From: Eimeria praecox
Taxonomy: Eukaryota
Assembly (NCBI GenBank): GCA_963920595.1
Contig: OY986948.1
Span: 4,898,001 to 4,962,000 of the forward strand
Direction of reading: 5' to 3'
DNA: 64,000 bases
Positions 36,574 to 50,000 of this stretch are shown one piece after another. A model generated the notes under the pieces. That model worked only from the letters and a program-made list of their open reading frames with translations. It was not told the origin of the DNA and did not search any database. The number at the start of each line of letters is the position of its first letter. Position 1 is the stretch's first letter. A program made the position numbers and the translations under genes.

Positions 36574-39500
36574 ACAAGGTTCCGGCGAAGGCAAGGCAAC
36601 TTTTGTCGCAGCAGTCGCGACTTGGGGGCAGAGACTTGGGCATCCAGACGACAGAGAGACGTTCGTCGTCTGTAGTTCACGGTAGCTAACGATGATGCTT
36701 CGCCTTTGGGCTTATCTTGGCTAACTGTGGATGACTACCTCTTTCTTGTGACAGTTCTATGCACAGATGTGTGAATAGGCTAATCAGTTGTGTAACAGGA
36801 GAGGCGATGTGTCACATCCAGTTGCATACAACACAGAAGGTGGGCTGAACGATTCGCTGAAACAGCATCGACCTATCGAGAAGTGCTGGTTGCAGTTTGT
36901 CTAACTGTGCACGCGGGTCTGAGCACACGGGCTTTCGCTTTGAGGGCAACTGGATTTGTTTGGTTTCTGCGAACGGACCAAGAGAGGGCTCTGTGAGTTG
37001 TAAGGGCTGTAAGAGAATAAGCCTGCGAGAGCACGGTTGTGGGGGCAAACTGCGCGAACCACCCCATTGTGCAGATTACTTTGATTCAGACGGGCTGGGC
37101 CATTGCAGTGCAGTATTGGCACTGGCATGCAGTCTAATACGTTTCTGATGAGTCTGGTGCTTGTGCGATGTCGACAGTCTCATTGAACATGCTAAGACTC
37201 CCGGCGATGCTCAAATACCGCCGAGCATCCACCTCACCACTTCTGTCGGTGCGCAGGAATCCCCTTACACAACGATGCTCTAAACGCGAACCTCGCAACT
37301 GCTCAGGGAGTAGGTTTGTGGCACCAGTCGTTTCATACAGGTGAGCTGAACTGCATTTGCATGTATAGGCGGCGGTAGTGGCGGCATATGATCAGGAGCC
37401 TTCGAACATGCTTCGACGTCTTCTGGATTCGCTTGATCTAGACAGTATGTCTGCATATTGCAGAAACAGGCCGAAAACGAGAGCAAGGATCTACGGCCAC
37501 GGATCTAGCAACCGCGCGTTAGTTAAGCCTAACTGTCCGCACTTTCACGGGACCGGAGCGGCGGCATTGGGAAGGGCAGACTGACACTGCACTCATACTC
37601 TACATTTCTTTAAAGGACAGGGACACGTGCACTGTGACGAGTGGACCTGCACACAACCCTGACACACTAAACCTGTAGAATGCACTTTGCAGAATTACTG
37701 CCGGGCAGCAGGCACGTGCTCCGTGCCCATATGTCTGCGAATGGCAACTTATGTATATGCTTTTGGGCATTCCGTTGGGCTTTGTCTAAATTTAAATAGC
37801 ACAATGCTCTGCTGTAAATGTGCGAGAACCCTTGGGACATACTCATTGCAACTAAGCCCGCATGAGCACAGTTGACTAGAGGAATTTGCCGCACTATCAC
37901 AGCTGCCACCATGCCGGTGGAAAAAGCATGGGTAACTGATAACAAATAACGTAGGTGGTGAGTGCGCATTGGGTGGCGTGCACTCCGACGATGAAAAAAA
38001 CGTTTACACAAATGGGCTGATGATACAGCTGATGAATTCACTTAGACACGGTCTGCTTGAAACTCGGACAGCATTGACTTTGCCAAGCAGTGTCGCATAG
38101 AAACTTGGCATGCAGTGTGTCATATGAACGAGCAAGCGCGACTGCGGTGACACACAGCAAACTAGATGCCGCTATGTGGTGCTGCTACAGTCAAAATGTT
38201 CGTTCATTGTTTCATACAAATCCAGCACCATGTGGAGGACTCTGCTTCAAGTTATAAGAGTGTTTCTACGGCATTCCTGCTTTGCGGCAAAGAAAGTATG
38301 TCTAACGGCCACGTCCTTGGTTGTTGATGTGGGCAGTGCTGGCCAGGTGGTATTTCCGGTAACGCGCTTGCAAGGAGGCTACGGCAATGGTTTGCATGGC
38401 AACGCTGCCTTACTTCGGCTGGCGGCGCAGGCAGTGAGTTTTGCCAGCTTACACTTTCCCCATTGAAGGAAGCTAATGCTCCGAGGAACAGATGCGTTGA
38501 ACGGAGCTTTGATATGAAAGGTATCTGGCGGTTATGGATGCTGCACTGACGTCGCGCAGCTTGTAAGCATTTAAAAGCGCGCACGGCCATGAAAGAGACG
38601 CATTCTAGTTGAATGATAGGGGCGTTTTATTTATGTTTCGGCAGCCGGAAATGCTCGTGGCCGGTGCTGCAAGGGATACTCCAGTTAGAGTGTTTAGCCT
38701 GATATGCAGGTATTTGTATATATTTCGCGTAGAGTGGAACAAGCTGCCTACGGCGGACCGATTGGAAGGCACGAATGCTTCCCGGAAGAGGCTGGGAGCA
38801 GATCCCAGAATGCCAGCTGGTTTTGGCCGTACAAACGTGGGGCTTCTCCAGACCGCCACGGAACCGCCTGGTGGGGCTGCAGCAAGTCTCACATGCCCCG
38901 TTATTTGTGAGGCAATGGTAAACTGCTGTACCGCAGTAGGGAAGCAGATCTAATGCGCTCACAAATCCGGTGTCTGGGATGCATGACACTTAGGCTGTAG
39001 GTTTTCAGCAATCGGCACGAGTGTGCTACACTGATAGCACACGCAGGCCAACTGATTCAATTTGCACATCGCTGGTAGTGGTGTGGGGTAAACGATTTGA
39101 GCCAGTATCCCCTGTTGCTTGTTCTAGTGCTCAGTGTGATTATTTTCGGTAGGTATCTTATGGAAGGGCACATTTGATACCTGCCACACGGCTACAGTAC
39201 AGAAGGCGCTTCCTACTTAACGCCCAAGCAGAACTCTTGGGTCGGTTTAGCATGCGAAGGTGAGCTGCACGCCAAGCCAAAGCGGTGTCTGTGCAAGTTC
39301 GGTTTTATGGCGAAGCAAGTGCGCTTGAAGGCCAGACGAGTGCTGGAGAGGACAATCTCTCCAAAATGCTCAGAAATGCACGAGCCAGCAGGTTACTAGG
39401 GTGCACTGCATAGACGTGCTGCCTGACTTCTGGTGCCTGACTGAGCAGAAGGTGCGTTTGGTCAGCGTGCAATTTGCGCAGTAACAAGAATTAATTTTCC

Positions 39501-42500
39501 CAGTCATGGGCGCCTTAAACCCAGTTTTATAGACGGTGTATCGGGTAGGTGGTTGCGGGCGCTGCACCGATGCCACAAAGATTGTACGCACTTTGAAGAG
39601 CACAGAGGCGTAGGCCTGAACGCTCGAATAGCGTTAGGGGTTGGTGGATGCTAGGTGAAACCTCTTACTGGTTAGCCGGTGAATGCAGCGAAGATTGGGG
39701 TTACTGCATTTGGCCTTTTCTCCCGTTACCGAGGCCGTTAGGACAGAAATGGCTCATAAAGAAGACGTGACGCATATGCACGAAATATCGTGTGCTTGAG
39801 GGGCAGAACGCACTTGCAGAGGGTAGCAAATGCCCCCACAGATGGGCATGAATGAATAGAGGCTGCGCCGCGTTGCCGCAATAATGCAGCAGGCGTAGCT
39901 GCTCGAATGTTGAGCGCTTGGCATGCTTATGAAACAGCAAGTGGGCCCATAAAACAACATATTAGCGGCCAGAAATGGCCGAAAGCTGGAATGCAGTGGC
40001 CTGTGCTGATTTAAACTGTATTTCGTGGTATTTTTGGTACGTTGTCTGCGGGTTGGGCAGTATAAGTAAAACTTTGCCTGCTGCAAGCTGCCTCACGAAC
40101 AATGCACGCGCCGTCAACCCAGGGCCAATAGGGGCTATAGGTCTGAACGGTGACGGTAGTTACTGTCCCCAGAACGCGTAGTGCATTCCCTAACAGCCTT
40201 TACCTGGATGCGCCCTCTGAACGGCATGCGCTAGATCTAAGTTTCTCCTTTAAAATTGGGTATGACTGGAGCAGTTAGTGAGCATGGAGTCGAGGCCGGT
40301 GGTTGCTGCGTTGTGTAGTGCTTGACGAGGATTACTGCGGAGGAGCAAAGTGCAGTTTTGGCATACTTCGTTTCGCTGCCTGGTGAATGAGATTGCCATG
40401 ACCTACGGATTTTAGGAGAGAAGGCGCAGCCCAAGCTGCGGAGGCGTTTGCCGAAGTGCACTTTGGATGGGTTGCGGTATGGGGATTCAGTGTGCAGGCG
40501 TGTCTGAAGAATGCATTTGAGCGGTGGTATGAATGATGCAGCTTTTGCGGGTGCGCGCAGACCTTGTCATTACCTGAACAACATCGAAAATTCCTCAGCA
40601 AATGGCAGTGTAGAAGGCATACCATGCAGTGACGCTGGGGTCCCCAGATATTTTTCTGTATGGACATTGATACTGGGCGATGTGCCCGTAGGCACAGCAG
40701 AGTTGGCACGTCGATTACACTTTGCGGCTTTGTCATCACGAAGACACTGACCTGCATTCAGCTCGGAAAGAAACCTTGGAACGTGCTGTGCTGTGGGGCG
40801 CACACAGAAAGAAATACCCTTTTCCAGGTTAGCTTCGTCGTTAGCAAGGCCTCTCAATGGCTTCTGCAGAGTATAATTGGGACAGCTCTATTTGGGCGAC
40901 GAGAAATGCGACGGCTTTGGAACTGTCGGCCGTGGCGGCAGTATGTTAGGTGGAGCCATTCTTGACTCAGAGGCCGCCGTGACGATTCCACGCTGGACAG
41001 GCTTGCTCAGTAGTAGAGAGCTTTGGACCTTCCGAAATCCACCCATTGAGCAGTTGCATCACTTGCTGCATGGGCAGGACTGGTTGCTTTCTTGACCATA
41101 GAATTGAAAGCGATAGGCAACCAGGCGTTAAGCGTGCCGCCTCGCTTACGACCTAAGCTTTGCTCCATGAAAGTAGTGATTATTGACCTGCTGTACAGCT
41201 CGTGTCATCCACTTGTTCACGCTACTGACATGCAGTGGAAAGCGTCACGCATAGCATTTGGAACCTAGCATGGCTTTGTTAAGGTGAAATCATAGGCATA
41301 CGGAACATCCACCCGTAGCTCGTGGGTCCCCAGACACCACCAGCGTCTCTTTATGCTTTTGAAATTCTTCTTTATGGCTGCTGCAATGTTACTTTTCAAG
41401 GACCCGCTTGTTGGAGTTTAGGGCGATCTCACCGCTGCTGGTTTGGGCGTTACAATCCACGTTTTGGCCGATCGGACCACTAACTTTGTCTGTCGAGAAG
41501 AACTGCCGTTAAGTAATTAAACTGTGTTTTAGAAAATACGGTTTCCTAATGCTCTGTCTTCAAAACCAAGTAGCTGCCATTCATTAGGGAGAGACTCGCT
41601 TGGCTGCTGCGCAGCAACGGAACAAATGCGGTACTGTGCTACTCGCCGTTCCATACAAATACGGGTTGTCGCTGCTATTTCAAAAACATGCTAGACGGTC
41701 ATACAGGTGATTTCCAGGCAAATGGCATGCAGCACGGCAGATAGCTGGCCCTGGCAAACAGCGGGATGTATCAAGCTGCCCAGTAGTTTTCAGTTTCCAC
41801 AGTGTGCAGTGAAATTCCGTAGCTAGTATGTTTAGTAACCAAGCATGCCTTAAGCTCGAAGAATGGGATGCTAAAAAGTAGTTCAATGTTGCGGCATGCG
41901 CTGGCGGGCATGGTAGACGACGGCTGGGCTCCATGCGCATTGCGCTGGCGTTGGGCTGTTGTGAACAGTGGCCCCGTCCGCACCTCCCTACTGCTGAACT
42001 GGCTTGGGATTTAGCAGCTATATTCTCCACTCACCTAGCAGCTGCCGTGGGGTCGGGGAGAGCTCGCTTAGATGCTACGCAGGGATGGAACAAACATAGA
42101 GCTGTTGCCTATCCGGAGCATGCGAACACGGATTGCAGCACCTAATTCACAAACAGTAGCCCAAGTACGTAGTTTCCTGAACGGTGGTTTACACCACTAC
42201 GAAGAGCTGGGACTGCCACACAGGCTGTATGTTTCAGTTTCCACGGTTTTTTGTGCTCCTCCGCAGCTAGTATGTCCAACGACAAATAGTGCTTGACGCA
42301 GCAAGGAATGACAAGTCCGAGAGTATTTTGACACTGCAAAGTGCGAAGCGAACACGGCAAACCACGGCCGATCTCTTTGCACATTGGGAAGCAAGATGGC
42401 ATGCTGTGAGCATTGGTGCTGTCGGCACTGTAGAGAATTCCTTGAACAAGCGCCGACAGGTGAATACCAGGCTGGCTGCCCAAGACCATCCCAGAATGCC

Positions 42501-45500
42501 AGCTGAGCAAATGCCCATTATGTCCAAGGAATCTTATTCGTTATCGGATGCATGGTGAACAATCAAATATAACCTCAACTGGCGTGTTGGATCCTTAATT
42601 TCGAACATACTATCTGCGCTGAACCCCAGTCTCCGTGGAGCGCCGTTTGTCTAGAAGCTAGAATAGCGTTCGCTTCCTTGTTTCCACAAGAACAGCAAGC
42701 CGCCATACCTGCACAATGATGCCTATGTAGGAGAGAGATTAAGAATATGGTTTTCGAGCTGTTCTGCAGTTGTTCCATGCAGCCCCATTGCAACCTTATA
42801 TCAGAGCTTGCAGCACGGATGCAAGTTGGCGGACATCTTTGTGGGAGGCATGAGCGCACTGCAGGGAGTGCGTTGACAAGTGAACAGCGAGCCATTTATA
42901 TGATGCAGGTATATTTGAGGTTTCTTGCACGTAGAGGATGTAACACGGCGTGAAGACATATGAAAGAGATGCTTCCACCGATGCGGTACAACAGTTAATA
43001 TGTGCGACGCTATTAGGCACCCAAGGAGCGTTTACATGACCAATCGGTACTGCAGGTCTTAGGCAGCACGTTCCAGCTGCAACGGGAACGTGCGAGATGA
43101 CTGGAGAGAGACTCGCATTGCTTTACTGACTTCATTGTGCACTAACAGGTATTTGGCGCACGACCAAATATAACCTCAACTGGCGTGTTGGGTCCTTAAT
43201 TTCGAACATACTCTTTGCGCTGAACTCCAATCTCCGTGGAGCGCCGGTTGTCTAGAAGCTAGAATAGCGTGCGCTTCCTTGTCTCCGCAACAACAGTAAG
43301 CCGCCACACCTGCACAATGATGCCTATGTAGGAGAGAGATTAAGAATATGGTTTTCCAGCTGTTCTGCAGTTGTTCCATGCAGCCCCATTGCAACCTTAT
43401 ATCAGAGCTTGCAGCACGGATGCAATTTGGCGGACATCTTTGTGGGAGGCATGAGCGCACTGCAGGGAGTGCGTTGACAAGTGAACAGCGAGCCATTTAT
43501 ACGATGCAGGTATATTTGAGGTTTCTTGCACGTAGAGGATGTAACACGGCGTGAAGACATATGAAAGAGATGCTTCCACCGATGCGGTACAACAGTTAAT
43601 ATGTGCGACGCTATTAGGCACCCAAGGAGCGTTTACATGACCAATCGGTACTGCAGGTCTTAGGCAGCACGTTCCAGCTGCAACGGGAACGTGCGAGATG
43701 ACTGGAGAGAGACTCGCATTGCTTTACTGACTTCATTGTGCACTAACAGGTATTTGGCGCACGACCAAATATAACCTCAACTGGCGTGTTGGGTCCTTAA
43801 TTTCGAACATACTGTTTGCGCTGAACTCCAATCTCCGTGGAGCGCCGGTTGTCTAGAAGCTAGAATAGCGTGCGCTTCCTTGTCTCCGCAACAACAGCAA
43901 GCCGCCATACCTGCACAATGATGCCTATGTAGGAGAGAGATTAAGAATATGGTTTTCCAGCTGTTCTGCAGTTGTTCCATGCAGCCCCATTGCAACCTTA
44001 TATCAGAGCTTGCAGCACGGATGCAATTTGGCGGACATCTTTGTGGGAGGCATGAGCGCACTGCAGGGAGTGCGTTGACAAGTGAACAGCGAGCCATTTA
44101 TACGATGCAGGTATATTTGAGGTTTCTTGCACGTAGAGGATGTAACACGGCGTGAAGACATATGAAAGAGATGCTTCCACCGATGCGGTACAACAGTTAA
44201 TATGTGCGACGCTATTAGGCACCCAAGGAGCGTTTACATGACCAATCGGTACTGCAGGTCTTAGGCAGCACGTTCCAGCTGCAACGGGAACGTGCGAGAT
44301 GACTGGAGAGAGACTCGCATTGCTTTACTGACTTCATTGTGCACTAACAGGTATTTGGCGCACGACCAAATATAACCTCAACTGGCGTGTTGGGTCCTTA
44401 ATTTCGAACATACTCTTTGCGCTGAACTCCAATCTCCGTGGAGCGCCGGTTGTCTAGAAGCTAGAATAGCGTGCGCTTCCTTGTCTCCGCAACAACAGTA
44501 AGCCGCCACACCTGCACAATGATGCCTATGTAGGAGAGAGATTAAGAATATGGTTTTCGAGCTGTTCTGCAGTTGTTCCATGCAGCCCCATTGCAACCTT
44601 ATATCAGAGCTTGCAGCACGGATGCAATTTGGCGGACATCTTTGTGGGAGGCATGAGCGCACTGCAGGGAGTGCGTTGAGAAGTGAACAGCGATCCATTT
44701 ATATGATGCAGGTATATTTGAGGTTTCTTGCACGTAGAGGATGTAACACGGCGTGAAGACATATGAAAGAGATGCTTCCACCGATGCGGTACAACAGTTA
44801 ATATGTGCGACGCTATTAGGCACCCAAGGAGCGTTTACATGACCAATCGGTACTGCAGGTCTTAGGCAGCACGTTCCAGCTGCAACGGGAACGTGCGAGA
44901 TGACTAGAGAGAGACTCGCATTGCTTTACTGACTTCATTGTGCACTAACAGGTATTTGGCGCACGACCAAATATAACCTCAACTGGCGTGTTGGGTCCTT
45001 AATTTCGAACATACTCTTTGCGCTGAACTTCAATCTCCGTGGAGCGCCGGTTGTCTAGAAGCTAGAATAGCGTGCGCTTCCTTGTCTCCGCAACAACAGC
45101 AAGCCGCCATACCTGCACAATGATGCCTATGTAGGAGAGAGATTAAGAATATGGTTTTCGAGCTGTTCTGCAGTTGTTCCATGCAGCCCCATTGCAACCT
45201 TATATCAGAGCTTGCAGCACGGATGCAATTTGGCGGACATCTTTGTGGGAGGCATGAGCGCACTGCAGGGAGTGCGTTGACAAGTGAACAGCGATCCATT
45301 TATATGATGCAGGTATATTTGAGGTTTCTTGCACGTAGAGGATGTAACACGGCGTGAAGACATATGAAAGAGATGCTTCCACCGATGCGGTACAACAGTT
45401 AATATGTGCGACGCTATTAGGCACCCAAGGAGCGTTTACATGACCAATCGGTACTGCAGGTCTTAGGCAGCACGTTCCAGCTGCAACGGGAACGTGCGAG

Positions 45501-46604
45501 ATGACTGGAGAGAGACTCGCATTGCTTTACTGACTTCATTGTGCACTAACAGGTATTTGGCGCACGACCAAATATAACCTCAACTGGCGTGTTGGGTCCT
45601 TAATTTCGAACATACTCTTTGCGCTGAACTCCAATCTCCGTGGAGCGCCGGTTGTCTAGAAGCTAGAATAGCGTGCGCTTCCTTGTCTCCGCAACAACAG
45701 TAAGCCGCCACACCTGCACAATGATGCCTATGTAGGAGAGAGATTAAGAATATGGTTTTCGAGCTGTTCTGCAGTTGTTCCATGCAGCCCCATTGCAACC
45801 TTATATCAGAGCTTGCAGCACGGATGCAATTTGGCGGACATCTTTGTGGGAGGCATGAGCGCACTGCAGGGAGTGCGTTGACAAGTGAACAGCGAGCCAT
45901 TTATACGATGCAGGTATATTTGAGGTTTCTTGCACGTAGAGGATGTAACACGGCGTGAAGACATATGAAAGAGATGCTTCCACCGATGCGGTACAACAGT
46001 TAATATGTGCGACGCTATTAGGTACCCAAGGAGCGTTTACATGACCAATCGGTACTGCAGGTCTTAGGCAGCGCGTTCCAGCTGCAGCGGGAACGTGCGA
46101 GATGATTAGAGAGACTCGCATTGCTTTACTGACCTCACTGTCCACTAACAACTCAGTAATGTGTACTGCTGTGTTGTATGATAACGGAGAAAAGAGTTCA
46201 TTGCGGACCTGCATTTCTGGCTTAATATTGACACCTCTGCATTTGTGAACTTGTGCTCTGTGCCCACCTTGTTAGTACCGGAACCAATCCGTACTGCGGC
46301 GCTGGCATGTGTGGTTACCGAGAGTTCAGCGAGTAGTCTAAGGTCTACGGGGTCACAGCAGAGGGCGTTGGATGGGCTGGAGAGATGGATCAAACATGCA
46401 ACGAGCGCAACTCTGCTGAGTTGCATTCACCGGCAAGACGTGTTGCAGGGTGTTCGGGTGCAACGTGATGTGTGTCTACTCGCCCAGCGCGTCGGTTATT
46501 GGGGTAGTTGTTGCATGTGGCGCGCAGGTGTATCAATGCATTCGTGTTAACGAGCACCTGCACTTGCCTGTGTGGGGCGAGGGTGTGCCTCAAATGTCGG
46601 AGTA
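36574..46604. repeat. Segmental duplication, copy B (direct orientation)
   Basis: Sequence and ORF track mirror copy A (e.g. 8346/36812, 10143/38609, 13823/42289). Confidence 0.96.
42564..46150. repeat. Second tandem array of the 601-bp unit, 6 copies
   Basis: Unit starts at 42564, 43165, 43766, 44367, 44968, 45569. Confidence 0.97.
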
Positions 46605-47050
46605 TGTGGAGTTCTGGACCCTTTCGATTTGACTGAGTTTGAAGCTGCAGCCAGTGCGTTGTGAACAACTCTGTAACTTTGTGACTGCAGTGGGAGCCGC
46701 TCGTTTTGTGCATGACCTACGCAACACATCGGGTGGCGCCGTGTGCAAGCACAGGGAGAGGAATGGTGCTAGCTTCTACGCAGCCTACGTTTACCTGCTG
46801 CTCAGGGGACAGAGTTGAGTGCAGCAGCAGAGGCGTCTGTGGGGGGGATAGCAAGCAGAAACCGTAGGGTATGTGGTACGCTCAAGCAGTCTTGCGGTTG
46901 TTAGTTGTGTGGCTGTCGCGAGTTCAGCGAGTAGTCTAAGGTCTACGAGGTCACAGCAGAGGGCGTTGGATGGGCTGGAGAGATGGATCAAGCATGCAAC
47001 GGGCGCAACTCTGCTGAGTTGCATTCACCGGCAAAACGTGTTGGAGGGCG
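46308..47050. repeat. 598-bp short form of the 1535-bp unit (~1.2 copies), lacking a 937-bp internal segment
   Basis: gttcagcgagtagtctaagg at 46324 and 46922 (period 598). The junction caaatgtcggagTAtgtggagttc joins positions equivalent to 19941 and 20879. Confidence 0.92.
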
Positions 47051-47055
47051 TGCAT

Positions 47056-50000
47056 GGGTTGTCTAGTGTTTGGAGTTTGGGTCGAGTTGGGGATGGGGCA
47101 AGGCAGAGGAAAGTCAGCGTTTGGTTTTGAGGCGCCAATCTCAGCCTCCACTGTGGGCGCGTGCTGTTCTAATTCAGGAGCAGGTGCGTGTTTGTCAACA
47201 TGTGTGTACACGTGTTGCTGTGAGGGCGTGGATATTGGGAATGTGGTAGTCAGGAGATTGATGTGTATTTGCGTGCACGCTGCTGTGTGCCTAGTGGGTG
47301 TCTCGGAGGTGTTGCGGAGGGGAGAAGGGGTTGTGTAGGGATTGGAGTTTGGGTATTGTTGGGGATGGGGCACGACAGAAGGAAGTCAGCGTTGTGGTTT
47401 GAGGCGTCAATATCGTTGCCCCTGCGTGTGTGCGGGTTGTTCTAATTCAGGAGCAGGTGCATGTTTGTCAACACGTGTGTACACGTGTTCCTGTGAGGGC
47501 GTGGATATTGGGAGTGTGGTAGTTAGGAGAGTTATGTGTATGTGCGTGGACGCTGCTGTGTGTCTAGTGGGTGTCTGGGAGGTGTTGCGGAGGGAAGGAG
47601 TTTTGCAGCGCCTGGAGTTTGGGTATTGTTGGGGATGGTGCAAGGCAGAGGGAAGTCAGCGTTTTGGTTTGAGGCGTCAATATCGTTGCGTCTGTGTGTG
47701 TGCGGGTTGTTCTAATTCAGGAGCAGGTGCATCTTCGTCAACACGTGTGTACACGTGTTGCTGTGAGGGCGTGGATATTGGGAGTGTGGTAGTTAGGAGA
47801 GTTATGTGTATGTGCGTGGACGCTGCTGTGTGTCTAGTGGGTGTCTGGGAGGTGTTGAGGAGGGAAGGAGTTTTGCAGCGTTTGGAGTTTGGGTATTGTT
47901 GGGGATGGGGCAAGGCAGAAGGAAGTCGGCGTTTTGGTTTGAAACGTCAACCTTGTTGCGCCTGCGTGCGTGCGGGTTGTTCTAATTCAGGAGCAGGTGC
48001 AGGTTTGTCAACACGTGTGTACACGTGTTGCTGTGAGGGCGTGGATATTGGGAGTGTGGTAGTTAGTAGAATGATGTGTATTTGAGTGGAGGCTGCTGTG
48101 TGTCTAGTGGGTGTCTGGGAGTTGTTGTGGAGGGGAGAAGGGGTTGTGCAGCGTTTGGAGTTTGGGTATTGTAGGGGATGGGGCAAGGCAGAGGGAAGTC
48201 AGCGTTTTGGTTTGAGGCGTCAATTTCGTCGCGCCTGCGTGCGTGCGGGTTGTTCTAATTCAGGAGCCGGTGCGTGTTTGTCAACACGTGTGTACACGTG
48301 TTCCTGTGAGGGCGTGGATATTGGGAGTGTGGTAGTTAGTAGAATGATGTGTATTTGCGTGGACGCTGCTGTGTGTCTAGTGGGTGTCTGGGAGGTGTTG
48401 AGGAGGGGAGAAGGGGTTGTGCAGTGTTTGGAGTTTGGGTATTGTTGGGGATGGTGGAAGGCAGATGGAAGTCAGCGTTTTGGTTTGAGGCGTCAATTTT
48501 GTCGCGCCTGCGTGCGTGCGGGTTGTTCTAATTCAGGAGCCGGTGCGTGTTTGTCAACACGTGTGTACACGTGTTGCTGTGAGGGCGTGGATATTGGGAG
48601 TGTGGTAGTTAGTAGAATGATGTGTATTTGAGTGGACGCTGCTGTGTGTCTAGTGGGTGTCTGGGAGGTGTTGTGGAGGGGAGAAGGGGCTGTCTAGGGT
48701 TTGGAGTTTGGGTATTGTTGGGGATGGGGCAAGGCAGAGGGAAGTCAGCATTTTGGTTTGAGGCCTCAGTCGTTCTGCGCCTGCGTGTGTGGAGGTTGTT
48801 CTAATTCAGGAGCCGGTGCGTGTTTGTCAACATGTGTGTACACGTGTTCCTGTGAGGGAGTGGATATTGGGAGTGTGGTAGTTAGTAGAATGATGTGTAT
48901 TTGAGTGGACGCTGCTGTGTGTCTAGTGGGTGTCTGGGAGGTGTTGTGGAGGGGAGAAGGGGCTGTCTAGGGTTTGGAGTTTGGGTATTGTTGGGGATGG
49001 GGCAAGGCAGAGGGAAGTCAGCGTTTTGGTTTGAGGCGTCAATCTCCTTGGCCCTGCGTGTGTGCGGGTTGTTCTAATTCAGGCGCCGGTGCCTGTTTGT
49101 CAACACCTGTGTACACGTTTCCCTGTGAGGGCGTGGATATTGGGAGTGTGGTAGTTAGGAGAGTTATGTGTATTTGAGTGGACGCTGCTGTGTGTCTAGT
49201 GGGTGTCTGGGAGGTGTTGTGGAGGGGAGAAGGGGCTGTCTAGGGTTTGGAGTTTGGGTATTGTAGGGGATAGGGCAAGGCAGAGGGAAGTCAGCATTTT
49301 GGTTTGAGGCCTCAGTCGTTCTGCGCCTGCGTGTGTGGAGGTTGTTCTAATTCAGGAGCAGGTGCGTGTTTGTCAACACGTGTGTACACGTGTTCCTGTG
49401 AGGGCATGGATATTGGGAGTGTGGTAGTTAGTAGAATGATGTGTATTTGAGTGGACGCTGCTGTGTGTCTAGTGGGTGTCTGGGAGGTGTTGTGGAGGGG
49501 AGAAGGGGTTGTCTAGGGTTTGGAGTTTGGGTATTGTAGGGGATGGGGCAAGGCAGAGGGAAGTCAGCGTTTTGGTTTGAGGCCTCAGTCGTTCTGCGCC
49601 TGCGTGTGTGGGGGTTGTTCTAATTCAGGAGCAGGCGCATCTTTGTCAACACCTGTGTACACGTGTTGCTGTGAGGGCGTGGATATTGGGAGTGTGGTAG
49701 TTAGGAGAGTTATGTGTATTTGAGTGGACGCTGCTGTGTGTCTAGTGGGTGTCTGGGAGGTGTTGAGGAGGGGAGAAGGGGTTGTGCAGTGTTTGGAGTT
49801 TGGGTATTGTTGGGGATGGTGCAAGGCAGAGGGAAGTCAGCGTTTTGGTTTGAGGCGTCAATATCGTTGCGTCTGTGTGTGTGCGGGTTGTTCTAATTCA
49901 GGAGCAGGTGCATCTTCGTCAACACGTGTGTACACGTGTTCCTGTGAGGGCGTGTATATTGGGAGTGTGGTAGTTAGGAGAGTTATGTGTATGTGCGTGG

